Assembly: GCF_003334405.1 (NCBI RefSeq)
Contig: NZ_QOWM01000004.1
DNA: 64,000 nt
Source of the DNA: Escherichia coli
Lineage (GTDB): Bacteria; Pseudomonadota; Gammaproteobacteria; Enterobacterales; Enterobacteriaceae
Reading direction: 5' to 3' (one strand)
Part shown: piece after piece, positions 36,104-49,044 of the stretch
Position numbering within the stretch: position 1 is the first letter of the stretch
Layout: every line of letters begins with the position of its first letter
Translations under genes and position numbers: made by a program
The notes under the pieces: model-generated
The model's database searches: none
What the model saw: the letters and a program-made list of their open reading frames with translations, nothing else
Told to the model about the DNA's origin: nothing

Positions 36104-37252
36104 ATGTCCACGTATACCCAGCCTGTCATGCTTTTGCTGTCTGGCCTGCTTTTGTTGACTCTGGCGATTGCGGTGTTAAATACACTCGTGCCGCTTTGGC
36201 TCGCCCAGGAACACATGTCCACATGGCAGGTAGGCGTTGTCAGCTCATCCTATTTTACCGGCAACCTTGTCGGTACATTGCTGACAGGGTATGTCATTAA
36301 GCGCATTGGCTTTAACCGCAGCTATTATCTGGCCTCCTTCATTTTTGCCGCTGGCTGTGCCGGCCTTGGCCTGATGATTGGATTCTGGAGCTGGTTGGCT
36401 TGGCGTTTTGTCGCGGGCGTCGGCTGTGCCATGATTTGGGTGGTTGTTGAGAGCGCGCTGATGTGCAGTGGGACGTCACGTAACCGTGGGCGTTTGCTTG
36501 CTGCGTATATGATGGTTTATTACGTGGGAACGTTTTTAGGCCAGTTACTGGTCAGCAAAGTTTCAACCGAGCTGATGTCCGTATTGCCGTGGGTTACAGG
36601 TTTGACGTTGGCAGGGATCTTACCGCTGTTGTTTACGCGTGTGCTGAATCAGCAGGCTGAAAACCATGATTCGACGTCAATTACGTCAATGCTAAAACTC
36701 CGTCAGGCGCGGCTTGGCGTGAATGGCTGCATTATCTCAGGAATCGTTCTGGGATCTCTATATGGCCTGATGCCGCTGTACCTCAATCACAAAGGGGTGA
36801 GCAATGCCAGCATTGGTTTCTGGATGGCGGTACTGGTCAGTGCGGGTATCCTTGGACAATGGCCGATTGGACGTCTGGCGGATAAGTTTGGTCGACTGCT
36901 GGTGTTGCGTGTTCAGGTCTTTGTCGTCATTCTCGGCAGTATCGCGATGCTTAGCCAGGCGGCGATGGCCCCAGCGTTATTCATCCTCGGTGCCGCTGGC
37001 TTTACGCTATATCCGGTGGCGATGGCATGGGCTTGCGAGAAAGTTGAACATCATCAACTGGTGGCGATGAACCAGGCCTTACTGTTGAGCTATACTGTGG
37101 GAAGTCTGCTTGGCCCGTCATTTACCGCTATGCTAATGCAGAATTTCTCCGATAATTTATTGTTTATCATGATCGCCAGCGTATCGTTTATCTATTTGCT
37201 GATGCTGCTGCGCAACGCCGGTCATACGCCGAAACCCGTTGCTCACGTGTAA
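36104..37252 (+). CDS. ycaD: MFS transporter, substrate unknown
   Basis: 382-aa hydrophobic ORF with about 12 predicted helices; position. Confidence 0.82.
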   Translation: MSTYTQPVMLLLSGLLLLTLAIAVLNTLVPLWLAQEHMSTWQVGVVSSSYFTGNLVGTLLTGYVIKRIGFNRSYYLASFIFAAGCAGLGLMIGFWSWLAWRFVAGVGCAMIWVVVESALMCSGTSRNRGRLLAAYMMVYYVGTFLGQLLVSKVSTELMSVLPWVTGLTLAGILPLLFTRVLNQQAENHDSTSITSMLKLRQARLGVNGCIISGIVLGSLYGLMPLYLNHKGVSNASIGFWMAVLVSAGILGQWPIGRLADKFGRLLVLRVQVFVVILGSIAMLSQAAMAPALFILGAAGFTLYPVAMAWACEKVEHHQLVAMNQALLLSYTVGSLLGPSFTAMLMQNFSDNLLFIMIASVSFIYLLMLLRNAGHTPKPVAHV

Positions 37253-37461
37253 ATGAATTCAAGCAGAGTGTGAACTTACTGTTTCACACTCTGCTTTTTT
37301 GTTTCTTCTATCTGACTTGCTTTATTCCAAATTTTATTCGTTTAAAAATAAAATGTGCAGCAGGTTATAATTTTGCATTTCGCTATTTCCGCACTTCTTA
37401 TTTGCCGCGCATAATCCCTCGTTTTACAGATGCCCCTTTAATTTTGGCGAAGGATTTGTCT

Positions 37462-38892
37462 ATGGCTGGGAATGTTCAGGAAAAACAGTTGCGATGGTAC
37501 AACATTGCGCTGATGTCTTTTATCACTGTCTGGGGTTTTGGCAACGTTGTTAATAACTATGCCAACCAGGGGCTGGTGGTTGTTTTTTCATGGGTGTTTA
37601 TCTTTGCACTCTATTTCACACCTTATGCGCTAATTGTTGGTCAGTTAGGCTCGACCTTCAAAGATGGGAAGGGCGGGGTCAGTACCTGGATTAAACACAC
37701 GATGGGACCCGGACTGGCTTATCTCGCCGCGTGGACCTACTGGGTGGTGCATATTCCCTATCTGGCACAAAAACCCCAGGCAATTCTGATTGCGCTCGGT
37801 TGGGCGATGAAAGGCGACGGTTCGCTAATCAAAGAATATTCAGTCGTAGCGTTACAGGGGTTAACGCTGGTGCTGTTTATCTTCTTTATGTGGGTTGCTT
37901 CACGCGGTATGAAATCGCTGAAAATCGTCGGTTCTGTGGCAGGGATTGCTATGTTTGTTATGTCGCTCCTGTATGTGGCGATGGCGGTAACCGCGCCTGC
38001 AATTACTGAAGTGCATATTGCGACCACAAACATTACCTGGGAAACGTTCATTCCTCATATCGACTTTACCTACATTACCACTATTTCAATGCTGGTTTTC
38101 GCGGTTGGCGGAGCAGAGAAGATTTCTCCTTACGTTAATCAAACGCGCAACCCAGGAAAAGAATTTCCAAAAGGGATGTTATGCCTGGCGGTGATGGTTG
38201 CGGTTTGTGCCATTCTGGGCTCGCTGGCGATGGGGATGATGTTTGATTCGCGTAATATCCCGGATGACTTAATGACCAACGGTCAGTATTACGCCTTTCA
38301 GAAGCTGGGCGAGTATTACAACATGGGTAATACTTTAATGGTGATTTACGCCATTGCGAATACCCTGGGACAAGTAGCGGCGCTGGTATTCTCGATTGAT
38401 GCCCCGCTTAAAGTGCTATTAGGTGATGCTGACAGCAAATATATTCCAGCCAGTTTATGTCGTACCAACGCTTCTGGTACGCCCGTTAATGGCTATTTTC
38501 TGACCCTGGTACTGGTGGCGATTCTGATTATGCTGCCGACTCTCGGCATTGGTGATATGAACAATCTCTATAAATGGCTGTTGAACCTTAATTCGGTAGT
38601 GATGCCGCTGCGTTATTTATGGGTATTTGTTGCATTTATTGCAGTCGTTCGCTTGGCGCAGAAATATAAACCAGAATATGTCTTTATTCGTAATAAGCCT
38701 CTGGCAATGACCGTCGGGATTTGGTGTTTTGCCTTTACCGCCTTTGCCTGTTTGACGGGGATCTTCCCGAAAATGGAAGCCTTCACTGCAGAGTGGACCT
38801 TCCAGTTGGCGCTGAATGTTGCAACGCCGTTTGTGCTGGTAGGATTAGGACTGATATTCCCGCTGCTGGCGCGTAAAGCGAATAGTAAATAA
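37462..38892 (+). CDS. ycaM: APC-superfamily amino-acid transporter (putative)
   Basis: ORF 37270..38892 trimmed to ATG at 37462 (MAGNVQEKQLRWYNIALMSF); polytopic membrane protein. Confidence 0.8.
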   Translation: MAGNVQEKQLRWYNIALMSFITVWGFGNVVNNYANQGLVVVFSWVFIFALYFTPYALIVGQLGSTFKDGKGGVSTWIKHTMGPGLAYLAAWTYWVVHIPYLAQKPQAILIALGWAMKGDGSLIKEYSVVALQGLTLVLFIFFMWVASRGMKSLKIVGSVAGIAMFVMSLLYVAMAVTAPAITEVHIATTNITWETFIPHIDFTYITTISMLVFAVGGAEKISPYVNQTRNPGKEFPKGMLCLAVMVAVCAILGSLAMGMMFDSRNIPDDLMTNGQYYAFQKLGEYYNMGNTLMVIYAIANTLGQVAALVFSIDAPLKVLLGDADSKYIPASLCRTNASGTPVNGYFLTLVLVAILIMLPTLGIGDMNNLYKWLLNLNSVVMPLRYLWVFVAFIAVVRLAQKYKPEYVFIRNKPLAMTVGIWCFAFTAFACLTGIFPKMEAFTAEWTFQLALNVATPFVLVGLGLIFPLLARKANSK

Positions 38893-39801
38893 TTATTGTG
38901 GTCGGTGACGCTGACTCTGGCAGATCTGACCCGTTTTTACATAATCGAGAAATGCGCGCAAGCCGCAGGACATATACTGGCGGTTTGGATAATAGATCTG
39001 GAAGCCTGGACGCTCTGTGCTCCAGTCTTCCAGTACACATTCTAAACGACCAGTATCAAGGTACTCCTTGATCTGTTCATAGAGCAGATACCCGATACCA
39101 GCACCCATCAAAACGGCCTCCAGTTCAGCATCAACATCATCCAGAATGATATTTCCTGCGACAGCAATTTCCAGCTCCTTTGCAAATTGCCAGTGGAAAG
39201 GTTTGCCGCTGGGATAACGAAAAACAACACATTGATGATTAAGCAGATCATGAGGATGGCGGGGTTTGCCATATCTTGCAAAGTACTCTGGCGTTGCTGC
39301 TACACATAATTTCACTGGCGGGCCGATCGCCACGCTGATCATATCTTTTTCGACGATGCAACTAAGTCGAACGCCAGCGTCAAAGCCCTGTTGGACGATA
39401 TCGACAAGAGAGTCGTCAGTTGTGAGCTCGACTTTAATATCAGGATATTCACGTGTGAAACCAACCAGTAAAGACATTAAAAATATACGTGCAGCTACCC
39501 GGGCGGCATTGATTTTGAGCGTTCCTGTCGGTGTCAGACGAAAATCATTCATCTCATCTAACATGATCTGAATTTCGTCGAAAGCTGGGCGCAATCGTTC
39601 ATAGAGATTAGAACCCGCTTCCGTTAACGATACGCTTCGGGTTGTCCGATTGAATAAGCGAATTTTAAGACGTTGTTCCAGTGTTTTAATACTATGGCTA
39701 ATGGCGGACGAGGATAAGCCTAACTCATCGCCCGCTGCACGAAAGCTTTGATTACGGGCCACGGCAAAGAAAGTGGCAAAGTCAGACATATTCATCCGCA
39801 T
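38893..39801 (-). CDS. ycaN: LysR-type transcriptional regulator
   Basis: 302-aa ORF; N-terminal HTH FRAAGDELGLSSSAISHSIKTLEQRL; divergent from ycaK. Confidence 0.82.
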   Translation of the reverse strand: MRMNMSDFATFFAVARNQSFRAAGDELGLSSSAISHSIKTLEQRLKIRLFNRTTRSVSLTEAGSNLYERLRPAFDEIQIMLDEMNDFRLTPTGTLKINAARVAARIFLMSLLVGFTREYPDIKVELTTDDSLVDIVQQGFDAGVRLSCIVEKDMISVAIGPPVKLCVAATPEYFARYGKPRHPHDLLNHQCVVFRYPSGKPFHWQFAKELEIAVAGNIILDDVDAELEAVLMGAGIGYLLYEQIKEYLDTGRLECVLEDWSTERPGFQIYYPNRQYMSCGLRAFLDYVKTGQICQSQRHRPQ

Positions 39802-39813
39802 TAGTGAAAATCC

Positions 39814-39832
39814 TTCATTAACTCATCCTGAA
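39814..39832. promoter_or_regulatory. Candidate LysR-type (T-N11-A) box in the ycaN-ycaK divergent promoter region
   Basis: ttca-ttaactcatcc-tgaa: 4-bp inverted repeat around an 11-bp spacer, 13 bp upstream of the ycaN start and about 70 bp upstream of ycaK. Confidence 0.35.
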
Positions 39833-39900
39833 TCATCACGTTTACAGGATTATGCCGCCTGCGTAAAGTGCGCTCCAGAACTTAACGTGGAGGTAAAATT

Positions 39901-40491
39901 ATGCAGTCTGAACGTATTTATTTGGTATGGGCCCATCCTCGTCATGATTCATTGACCGCACATATTGCTGATGCGATCCATCAGCGGGCAATGGAGCGGA
40001 AAATACAGGTGACGGAACTCGATTTATATCGGCGTAATTTCAACCCAGTGATGACGCCGGAAGATGAACCAGACTGGAAGAATATGGATAAACGTTATTC
40101 TCCAGAGGTTCATCAGCTTTATTCAGAGCTGCTTGAACATGACACGTTAGTGGTGGTTTTTCCTCTCTGGTGGTACAGCTTCCCGGCAATGCTAAAAGGA
40201 TATATTGACAGAGTATGGAATAATGGGCTGGCTTATGGAGATGGGCACAAATTACCATTCAATAAAGTTCGTTGGGTGGCGCTGGTTGGAGGAGACAAAG
40301 AATCATTTGTCCAGATGGGCTGGGAAAAAAATATAAGCGATTATTTAAAAAATATGTGCAGTTATCTTGGTATTGAAGATGCCGATGTCACTTTCTTGTG
40401 TAATACAGTGGTATTCGATGGGGAAGAACTTCACGCGAGCTATTATCAGTCGTTATTATCTCAGGTACGGGATATGGTAGATGCACTATAA
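39901..40491 (+). CDS. ycaK: Flavodoxin-like NAD(P)H oxidoreductase (quinone reductase family, putative)
   Basis: 196-aa ORF MQSERIYLVWAHPRHDSLTAHI; divergent from the LysR-type ycaN. Confidence 0.8.
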   Translation: MQSERIYLVWAHPRHDSLTAHIADAIHQRAMERKIQVTELDLYRRNFNPVMTPEDEPDWKNMDKRYSPEVHQLYSELLEHDTLVVVFPLWWYSFPAMLKGYIDRVWNNGLAYGDGHKLPFNKVRWVALVGGDKESFVQMGWEKNISDYLKNMCSYLGIEDADVTFLCNTVVFDGEELHASYYQSLLSQVRDMVDAL

Positions 40492-40572
40492 GATGTGTTA
40501 AAAACGCTGTAGCAGAATGAAGCGCGGAATAAAAAAGCGGCAACTCAATAAAGTTGCCGCTTTACGGGGAAA

Positions 40573-41313
40573 TTAGAACATTACCTTATGACCGTACTGC
40601 TCAAGAATGCCTTTCACGCGTTCCATGGTCTCTTTCTTCGGTGGTTTAACACCGTCGAGTTTGTACTCTTCACCCATTGCCACCCATTTGTGTTTGCCCA
40701 GCTCGTGGTAGGGGAGAAGCTCGATTTTCTCAACGTTGCCCATATCACGGGTAAATTCACCGAGGCGATGCGCTGAATCGTCATCGTCAGACCAGCCTGG
40801 GACAACAACGTAGCGGATCCACACCTTCACATTTTTGTTCGCCAGATATTTAGCGAACTCCAGCGTGCGGTGGTTGGAAACTCCAACCAGATTTTGGTGG
40901 ATCTCGTCGTTCATCTGTTTGAGATCGAGCATTACCAGGTCGGTTACTTCCAGCAGTTCATCAATCACCGGATCGTAACGACGAACAAAACCGTTGGTGT
41001 CCAGACAGGTATGAATGCCTTCTTTTTTGCAGGCGCGGAACCAGTCACGAACAAACTCAGCTTGCAGGATTGCTTCACCGCCGGATGCGGTAACGCCGCC
41101 GCCGGAAGCGTTCATAAAGTGGCGATAGGTCACCACTTCCTTCATCAAATCTTCAACGGTAACTTCTTTACCGCCATGCGTGTCCCAGGTGTCGCGGTTA
41201 TGACAATACAGGCAGCGCATCAGGCAGCCCTGGAAAAAGGTGATAAAGCGAATACCTGGGCCGTCTACGGTTCCACAGGATTCAAAGGAGTGAATGCGAC
41301 CAATAACTGACAT
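40573..41313 (-). CDS. pflA: Pyruvate formate-lyase activating enzyme (radical SAM)
   Basis: ORF 40573..41340 trimmed to [23 protein letters not shown] (ATG at 41311-41313); radical-SAM Cys motif. Confidence 0.93.
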   Translation of the reverse strand: MSVIGRIHSFESCGTVDGPGIRFITFFQGCLMRCLYCHNRDTWDTHGGKEVTVEDLMKEVVTYRHFMNASGGGVTASGGEAILQAEFVRDWFRACKKEGIHTCLDTNGFVRRYDPVIDELLEVTDLVMLDLKQMNDEIHQNLVGVSNHRTLEFAKYLANKNVKVWIRYVVVPGWSDDDDSAHRLGEFTRDMGNVEKIELLPYHELGKHKWVAMGEEYKLDGVKPPKKETMERVKGILEQYGHKVMF

Positions 41314-41435
41314 TGCGGTGTTTCTCCAGATGTGGCCCATCTGAGGCCGTGTTGGTGCGCAGCTCGAAGGCTACGTCGAGTCTGTTTTGGCAGTCACCTT
41401 AAAGTATAGATAGCTGACAAAAAAGGCTCTCGCGC

Positions 41436-41462
41436 TAAAAAAGGCCCCACTTTCGTGGAGCC
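41436..41462 (-). terminator. Rho-independent terminator downstream of pflB
   Basis: Minus-strand hairpin (plus-strand ggccccac-tttc-gtggagcc, one mismatch) followed by a U-run (plus-strand A-run 41436-41442). Confidence 0.6.
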
Positions 41463-41504
41463 TTTATTGTACGCTTTTTACTGTACGATTTCAGTCAAAT
41501 CTAA

Positions 41505-43787
<2,283 letters not shown>

Positions 43788-43841
43788 GTAACACCTACCT
43801 TCTTAAGTGGATTTTTTATTTACTGCGTACTTCGACAACCA

Positions 43842-44699
43842 TTAATGGTGGTCGTTTTCACGCAGGTAAATGACCCAGTATGTCAACCCAACCAACAAAC
43901 CACCACCGATAATGTTGCCGATCGTAACCGGAATCAGGTTATCAGTGATGAAATTCATCACGGTCAGGTGAGAAAAATTTTCCGGTGCAGAACCGACTGC
44001 GGTCCAAAATTCCGGGGATGCGAAGTCGCGGATTACAATACCCATCGGGATCATAAACATGTTTGCGATACTGTGCTCAAAACCGCTGGCAACAAACATC
44101 GCGACCGGCAGCACCATAATGAACGCTTTGTCCATCAGGCTGCGGCCAGAATAACTCATCCATACTGCCAGACATACCATCAGGTTTGCCAGGATACCAA
44201 GACAGACGGCCTCAATAAAAGTATGGTGCACTTTGTGGTCGGCGGTTTGTAGGACGTTTAGTCCCCATTGACCATTTGCGGTCATATACTCGCCGGAAAG
44301 CCACATTAAAAGTACAAACAGCAGTGCGCCGACCAGGTTGCCAAAATAGACATTTAGCCAGTTTTTCGCCAACTGACCCCAGGTGATGCGCCCACTCGCC
44401 TTAGCAACAACAATCAACACGGTGGAAGTAAAGAGATCGGCTCCGCAGACAACACAAAGAATCAGCCCCAGAGAGAAGCAAATGCCGCCAACCAGTTTTG
44501 CCATGCCGAAGGGCATTGTGCCTGTGCCAGTGGTTGCTGTGATATAGAAGACGAATGCGATTGAGATGAAAACACCGGCGGTAATCGCCAGATAGAAAGT
44601 CTTAAGCGGATGTTTCGTTGCTTTATAGACACCCGCCTCTTCGGCCACTTTGGCCATTGCAGCAGGAAGTAAAAGATCAAAAGGGTTGTCAGCTTTCAC
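43842..44699 (-). CDS. focA: Formate channel FocA (formate-nitrite transporter family)
   Basis: ORF 43842..44873; the conserved N-terminus (V/M)KADNPFDLLLPAAMAKVAEEAG begins at a GTG at 44697-44699, so the gene initiates at GTG. Confidence 0.88.
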   Translation of the reverse strand: MKADNPFDLLLPAAMAKVAEEAGVYKATKHPLKTFYLAITAGVFISIAFVFYITATTGTGTMPFGMAKLVGGICFSLGLILCVVCGADLFTSTVLIVVAKASGRITWGQLAKNWLNVYFGNLVGALLFVLLMWLSGEYMTANGQWGLNVLQTADHKVHHTFIEAVCLGILANLMVCLAVWMSYSGRSLMDKAFIMVLPVAMFVASGFEHSIANMFMIPMGIVIRDFASPEFWTAVGSAPENFSHLTVMNFITDNLIPVTIGNIIGGGLLVGLTYWVIYLRENDHH

Positions 44700-44759
44700 A
44701 CTAACTCTCTCTTTATTAAGTCGGCGACGAGATACTAACAAAGCATTATAGATGAGAAA

Positions 44760-44773
44760 TTGATATAGATCAT
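44760..44773 (-). promoter_or_regulatory. FNR-type site (TTGAT-ATAG-ATCAT) in the focA-pflB promoter region
   Basis: 9/10 match to TTGAT-N4-ATCAA, about 65 bp upstream of the focA GTG; focA-pflB is known to be FNR-activated from promoters upstream of focA. Confidence 0.55.
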
Positions 44774-45104
44774 ATCTCGCCTGGCTTATAGGCCCGTAAC
44801 TCGCATGGTTTTTATGCAAATACGGAGTAAATATTTGATTATCCAAATAAAAATAAATTTTAAAAATTAACAAATGAGTTGAATTTTTTCCGCATCCTCC
44901 GCTAAAACAGTTAATTAAAAGGGAGCATCAGGCGAATAAAGTAACAATATCGATCGTATTTATTAAATACAAATTACCGATATTTAACCTTATAATTACA
45001 ATTATTTTATTAATGCAAATATATGTAAAGCGGGGCATTAAAAAAACGCCCCGTAATATAACTCAGACTAATCATTAAGCCTACATTGCGTAGGCTATTT
45101 GATT

Positions 45105-46865
45105 TTATTTTGCCCAGAATGCTGCTTTGGCGCGCTGCAGCTTTTCGTAGGCCTTCAACAACGACTGATGTGCAGCAAACGCGTGCAGATCGCTATCTAC
45201 CGGTTGCAGGCCGTAAAACGCCGCTTCGCCGCTCATTGCCGCACTGGCGGCTTCTACGGCATCTGCGCCGTACATGCGAACAAACGCATTCAGATATTGC
45301 AGCGGCTGGCGATCTTCTTCCTGTGCCAGTAATAACAACGTTTGCAGGCAGCGATAATAGTTGGCGCGTTCCGGACTAAATACTGATGAGTTAAACTCCA
45401 TCGTCCATTCGGTCCAGACCAGAGCCTGTTCCAGATCGCCACCAGCCAGCGCCAGCATGGCTTTTAATTCACCGATACGCAGGGTGTACCAACCGTTATC
45501 CGACCCGGTCGCCAGACCCAACAGCTCACGCACGCGGGTAAAGTCATCAAAACCTTCTTCATCCAGTTGCTCGATGAGGTTCAGGTAATCTTCTTTTTCC
45601 CACTCGCTGCCTGGTAGCGAAAGAATCGTTTCACGTAAATGGCTGCCCATACTGTTATTCGCGAGCCACAGATCTTCAGCCGGATAAATATCGGACATGC
45701 CAGGCACGATAATACGGCAAGCATAAACGCCCAGATGCTCGTAATCGGCAATATAAACTTCTTTATCTTCTTTGTTGAAGATAGCCATCAGTGTGGCGAA
45801 CTCTTCTTCCGTGGTGCCGGAGAAATTCCAGTCCACAAACGGATAATCGGCATCCTGCTTGAACAGGTCCCAGGAGATTAAACCGCTGGAATCGATAAAG
45901 TGCGTTTCGAGGTTGGTATGTTCAGCGACTTCTTCATCATCGAAGGTTGGCGGAGTAAACACATCCAAATCTTTCAGGCCACGACCTTGCAGCAGCTCGG
46001 TCACGGTACGTTCCAGTGCTACGCCAAAATCAGGATGCGCACCGAAAGAGGCAAAGCAGGTACCGTTAGCAGGATTGAACAGTACCACGCAAATCACCGG
46101 ATACTGGCCGCCAAGCGAACCGTCATAAGCGAAGATTGGGAAACCCTCCGCTTCCAGCGTTTCGATGGCTTCAACTACTGCTGGGTAACGCGCCAGCACG
46201 TCTGCCGGGATCTCTGGCAGGCTGATGCTTTCAGCAATAATGCGGTTTTTCACGTAGCGTTCGAAAACTTCAGACAATCCCTGAACGCGTGCTTCGTTGC
46301 GGGTATTACCTGCGGACATACCGTTGGAGACGTACAGGTTACCAATGATATTCATCGGAATATAAACGGTCTGATTGTCGGACTGACGCGTAAACGGCAG
46401 GCCGCAAATACCACGATCTTCGTTACCGGATTGTAGGTCAATCAGCATGCTGCCGGTCAGTTCATTCTCCGGATCATAAAACGCGCGCAGACGGTCATCG
46501 AGCAGCCCTTCTGGCACATCGTCATTTTCGGTCAGTGGGAACCATTTTTCGTTGGGATAATGCACGAACGGACCGTTGGCGATGGTTTCGCCCAGCCAGA
46601 AGTCCGCAAAAAAGTAGTTGGTTGAGAGACGCTCGAAATATTCACCGAGTGCAGAAGCCAGCGCCGCTTTCTTGGTTGCGCCTTTACCGTTGGTAAAACA
46701 CAGTGCGCACTCTTTGTCGCGAATATGTACAGACCAGACGTTAGGCACGGGATTCAGCCAGGAGGCCTCTTCAATCTGAAAGCCGAGGTCTGAAAGTTTT
46801 TGCTGGAAGCGAGCGATGGAATCTTCCAGAGCGGCATCTTTGCCGGGGATAAATGTTTGCGTCAT
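45105..46865 (-). CDS. ycaO: YcaO-domain ATP-dependent protein (linked to RimO-dependent methylthiolation of ribosomal protein S12)
   Basis: ORF 45105..46898 trimmed to MTQTFIPGKDAALEDSIARF (ATG at 46863-46865). Confidence 0.85.
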   Translation of the reverse strand: MTQTFIPGKDAALEDSIARFQQKLSDLGFQIEEASWLNPVPNVWSVHIRDKECALCFTNGKGATKKAALASALGEYFERLSTNYFFADFWLGETIANGPFVHYPNEKWFPLTENDDVPEGLLDDRLRAFYDPENELTGSMLIDLQSGNEDRGICGLPFTRQSDNQTVYIPMNIIGNLYVSNGMSAGNTRNEARVQGLSEVFERYVKNRIIAESISLPEIPADVLARYPAVVEAIETLEAEGFPIFAYDGSLGGQYPVICVVLFNPANGTCFASFGAHPDFGVALERTVTELLQGRGLKDLDVFTPPTFDDEEVAEHTNLETHFIDSSGLISWDLFKQDADYPFVDWNFSGTTEEEFATLMAIFNKEDKEVYIADYEHLGVYACRIIVPGMSDIYPAEDLWLANNSMGSHLRETILSLPGSEWEKEDYLNLIEQLDEEGFDDFTRVRELLGLATGSDNGWYTLRIGELKAMLALAGGDLEQALVWTEWTMEFNSSVFSPERANYYRCLQTLLLLAQEEDRQPLQYLNAFVRMYGADAVEAASAAMSGEAAFYGLQPVDSDLHAFAAHQSLLKAYEKLQRAKAAFWAK

Positions 46866-46994
46866 GAAAATCACTTTAGTCGTACGGAAAGCGCGCAATA
46901 ATACGGGTTTTATCTCAAAGGCGCTATCACCGCCGCCATGCCGATGAACTGTTGACTATGCTTTTAGCGGATAAACCACGTTAAGAGCATAAAA

Positions 46995-47687
46995 ATGAAG
47001 GCGTTCGATCTCCACCGTATGGCATTTGATAAAGTGCCTTTTGATTTCCTTGGCGAAGTTGCACTACGTAGTCTTTATACCTTTGTACTGGTCTTTTTGT
47101 TCCTCAAAATGACCGGAAGACGCGGTGTGCGGCAGATGTCGCTGTTTGAAGTTTTAATCATTCTGACGCTGGGATCAGCGGCGGGAGATGTGGCGTTTTA
47201 TGATGATGTGCCGATGGTCCCGGTACTTATCGTCTTTATTACTCTGGCGTTGTTATACCGCCTGGTAATGTGGTTGATGGCGCACAGTGAAAAACTGGAA
47301 GATCTTCTGGAAGGCAAGCCAGTTGTCATTATTGAAGATGGCGAGCTGGCCTGGTCGAAACTCAATAACTCCAACATGACGGAATTTGAGTTCTTTATGG
47401 AGCTACGATTGCGTGGCGTGGAGCAGCTGGGGCAGGTACGTCTGGCGATTCTCGAAACCAACGGGCAAATCAGTGTCTATTTCTTTGAAGATGACAAGGT
47501 GAAACCGGGTTTACTTATTTTACCCAGTGATTGTACGCAGCGTTACAAAGTGGTGCCGGAGTCGGCGGACTATGCCTGTATTCGTTGTAGTGAAATCATT
47601 CATATGAAAGCGGGGGAAAAACAATTATGTCCGCGCTGTGCAAATCCAGAATGGACGAAGGCAAGTCGGGCAAAACGGGTGACCTGA
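46995..47687 (+). CDS. ycaP: DUF421-family membrane protein
   Basis: 230-aa ORF with N-terminal transmembrane helices; position between ycaO and serC. Confidence 0.78.
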   Translation: MKAFDLHRMAFDKVPFDFLGEVALRSLYTFVLVFLFLKMTGRRGVRQMSLFEVLIILTLGSAAGDVAFYDDVPMVPVLIVFITLALLYRLVMWLMAHSEKLEDLLEGKPVVIIEDGELAWSKLNNSNMTEFEFFMELRLRGVEQLGQVRLAILETNGQISVYFFEDDKVKPGLLILPSDCTQRYKVVPESADYACIRCSEIIHMKAGEKQLCPRCANPEWTKASRAKRVT

Positions 47688-47885
47688 CAGTAAAAACATC
47701 GGCTTTTTGCTAATAATCCGAGAGATTCTTTTGTGTGATGCAAGCCACATTTTTGCCCTCAACGGTTTTACTCATTGCGATGTGTGTCACTGAATGATAA
47801 AACCGATAGCCACAGGAATAATGTATTACCTGTGGTCGCAATCGATTGACCGCGGGTTAATAGCAACGCAACGTGGTGAGGGGAA

Positions 47886-48974
47886 ATGGCTCAAATCTTC
47901 AATTTTAGTTCTGGTCCGGCAATGCTACCGGCAGAGGTGCTTAAACAGGCTCAACAGGAACTGCGCGACTGGAACGGTCTTGGTACGTCGGTGATGGAAG
48001 TGAGTCACCGTGGCAAAGAGTTCATTCAGGTTGCAGAGGAAGCCGAGAAGGATTTTCGCGATCTTCTTAATGTCCCCTCCAACTACAAGGTATTATTCTG
48101 CCATGGCGGTGGTCGCGGTCAGTTTGCTGCGGTACCGCTGAATATTCTCGGTGATAAAACCACCGCAGATTATGTTGATGCCGGTTACTGGGCGGCAAGT
48201 GCCATTAAAGAAGCGAAAAAATACTGCACGCCTAATGTCTTTGACGCCAAAGTGACTGTTGATGGTCTGCGCGCGGTTAAGCCAATGCGTGAATGGCAAC
48301 TCTCTGATAATGCTGCTTATATGCATTATTGCCCGAATGAAACCATCGATGGTATCGCCATCGACGAAACGCCAGACTTCGGCGCAGATGTGGTGGTCGC
48401 CGCTGACTTCTCTTCAACCATTCTTTCCCGTCCGATTGACGTCAGCCGTTATGGTGTAATTTACGCTGGCGCGCAGAAAAATATCGGCCCGGCTGGCCTG
48501 ACAATCGTCATCGTTCGTGAAGATTTGCTGGGCAAAGCGAATATCGCGTGTCCGTCGATTCTGGATTATTCCATCCTCAACGATAACGGCTCCATGTTTA
48601 ACACGCCGCCGACATTTGCCTGGTATCTATCTGGTCTGGTCTTTAAATGGCTGAAAGCGAACGGCGGTGTAGCTGAAATGGATAAAATCAATCAGCAAAA
48701 AGCAGAACTGCTATATGGGGTGATTGATAACAGCGATTTCTACCGCAATGACGTGGCGAAAGCTAACCGTTCGCGGATGAACGTGCCGTTCCAGTTGGCG
48801 GACAGTGCGCTTGACAAATTGTTCCTTGAAGAGTCTTTTGCTGCTGGCCTTCATGCACTGAAAGGTCACCGTGTGGTCGGCGGAATGCGCGCTTCTATTT
48901 ATAACGCCATGCCGCTGGAAGGCGTTAAAGCGCTGACAGACTTCATGGTTGAGTTCGAACGCCGTCACGGTTAA
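47886..48974 (+). CDS. serC: Phosphoserine / phosphohydroxythreonine aminotransferase
   Basis: 362-aa [29 protein letters not shown]. Confidence 0.96.
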   Translation: MAQIFNFSSGPAMLPAEVLKQAQQELRDWNGLGTSVMEVSHRGKEFIQVAEEAEKDFRDLLNVPSNYKVLFCHGGGRGQFAAVPLNILGDKTTADYVDAGYWAASAIKEAKKYCTPNVFDAKVTVDGLRAVKPMREWQLSDNAAYMHYCPNETIDGIAIDETPDFGADVVVAADFSSTILSRPIDVSRYGVIYAGAQKNIGPAGLTIVIVREDLLGKANIACPSILDYSILNDNGSMFNTPPTFAWYLSGLVFKWLKANGGVAEMDKINQQKAELLYGVIDNSDFYRNDVAKANRSRMNVPFQLADSALDKLFLEESFAAGLHALKGHRVVGGMRASIYNAMPLEGVKALTDFMVEFERRHG

Positions 48975-49044
48975 TGCCGAAATTTTGCTTAATCCCCACA
49001 GCCAGCCTGTGGGGTTTTTATTTCTGTTGTAGAGAGTTGAGTTC

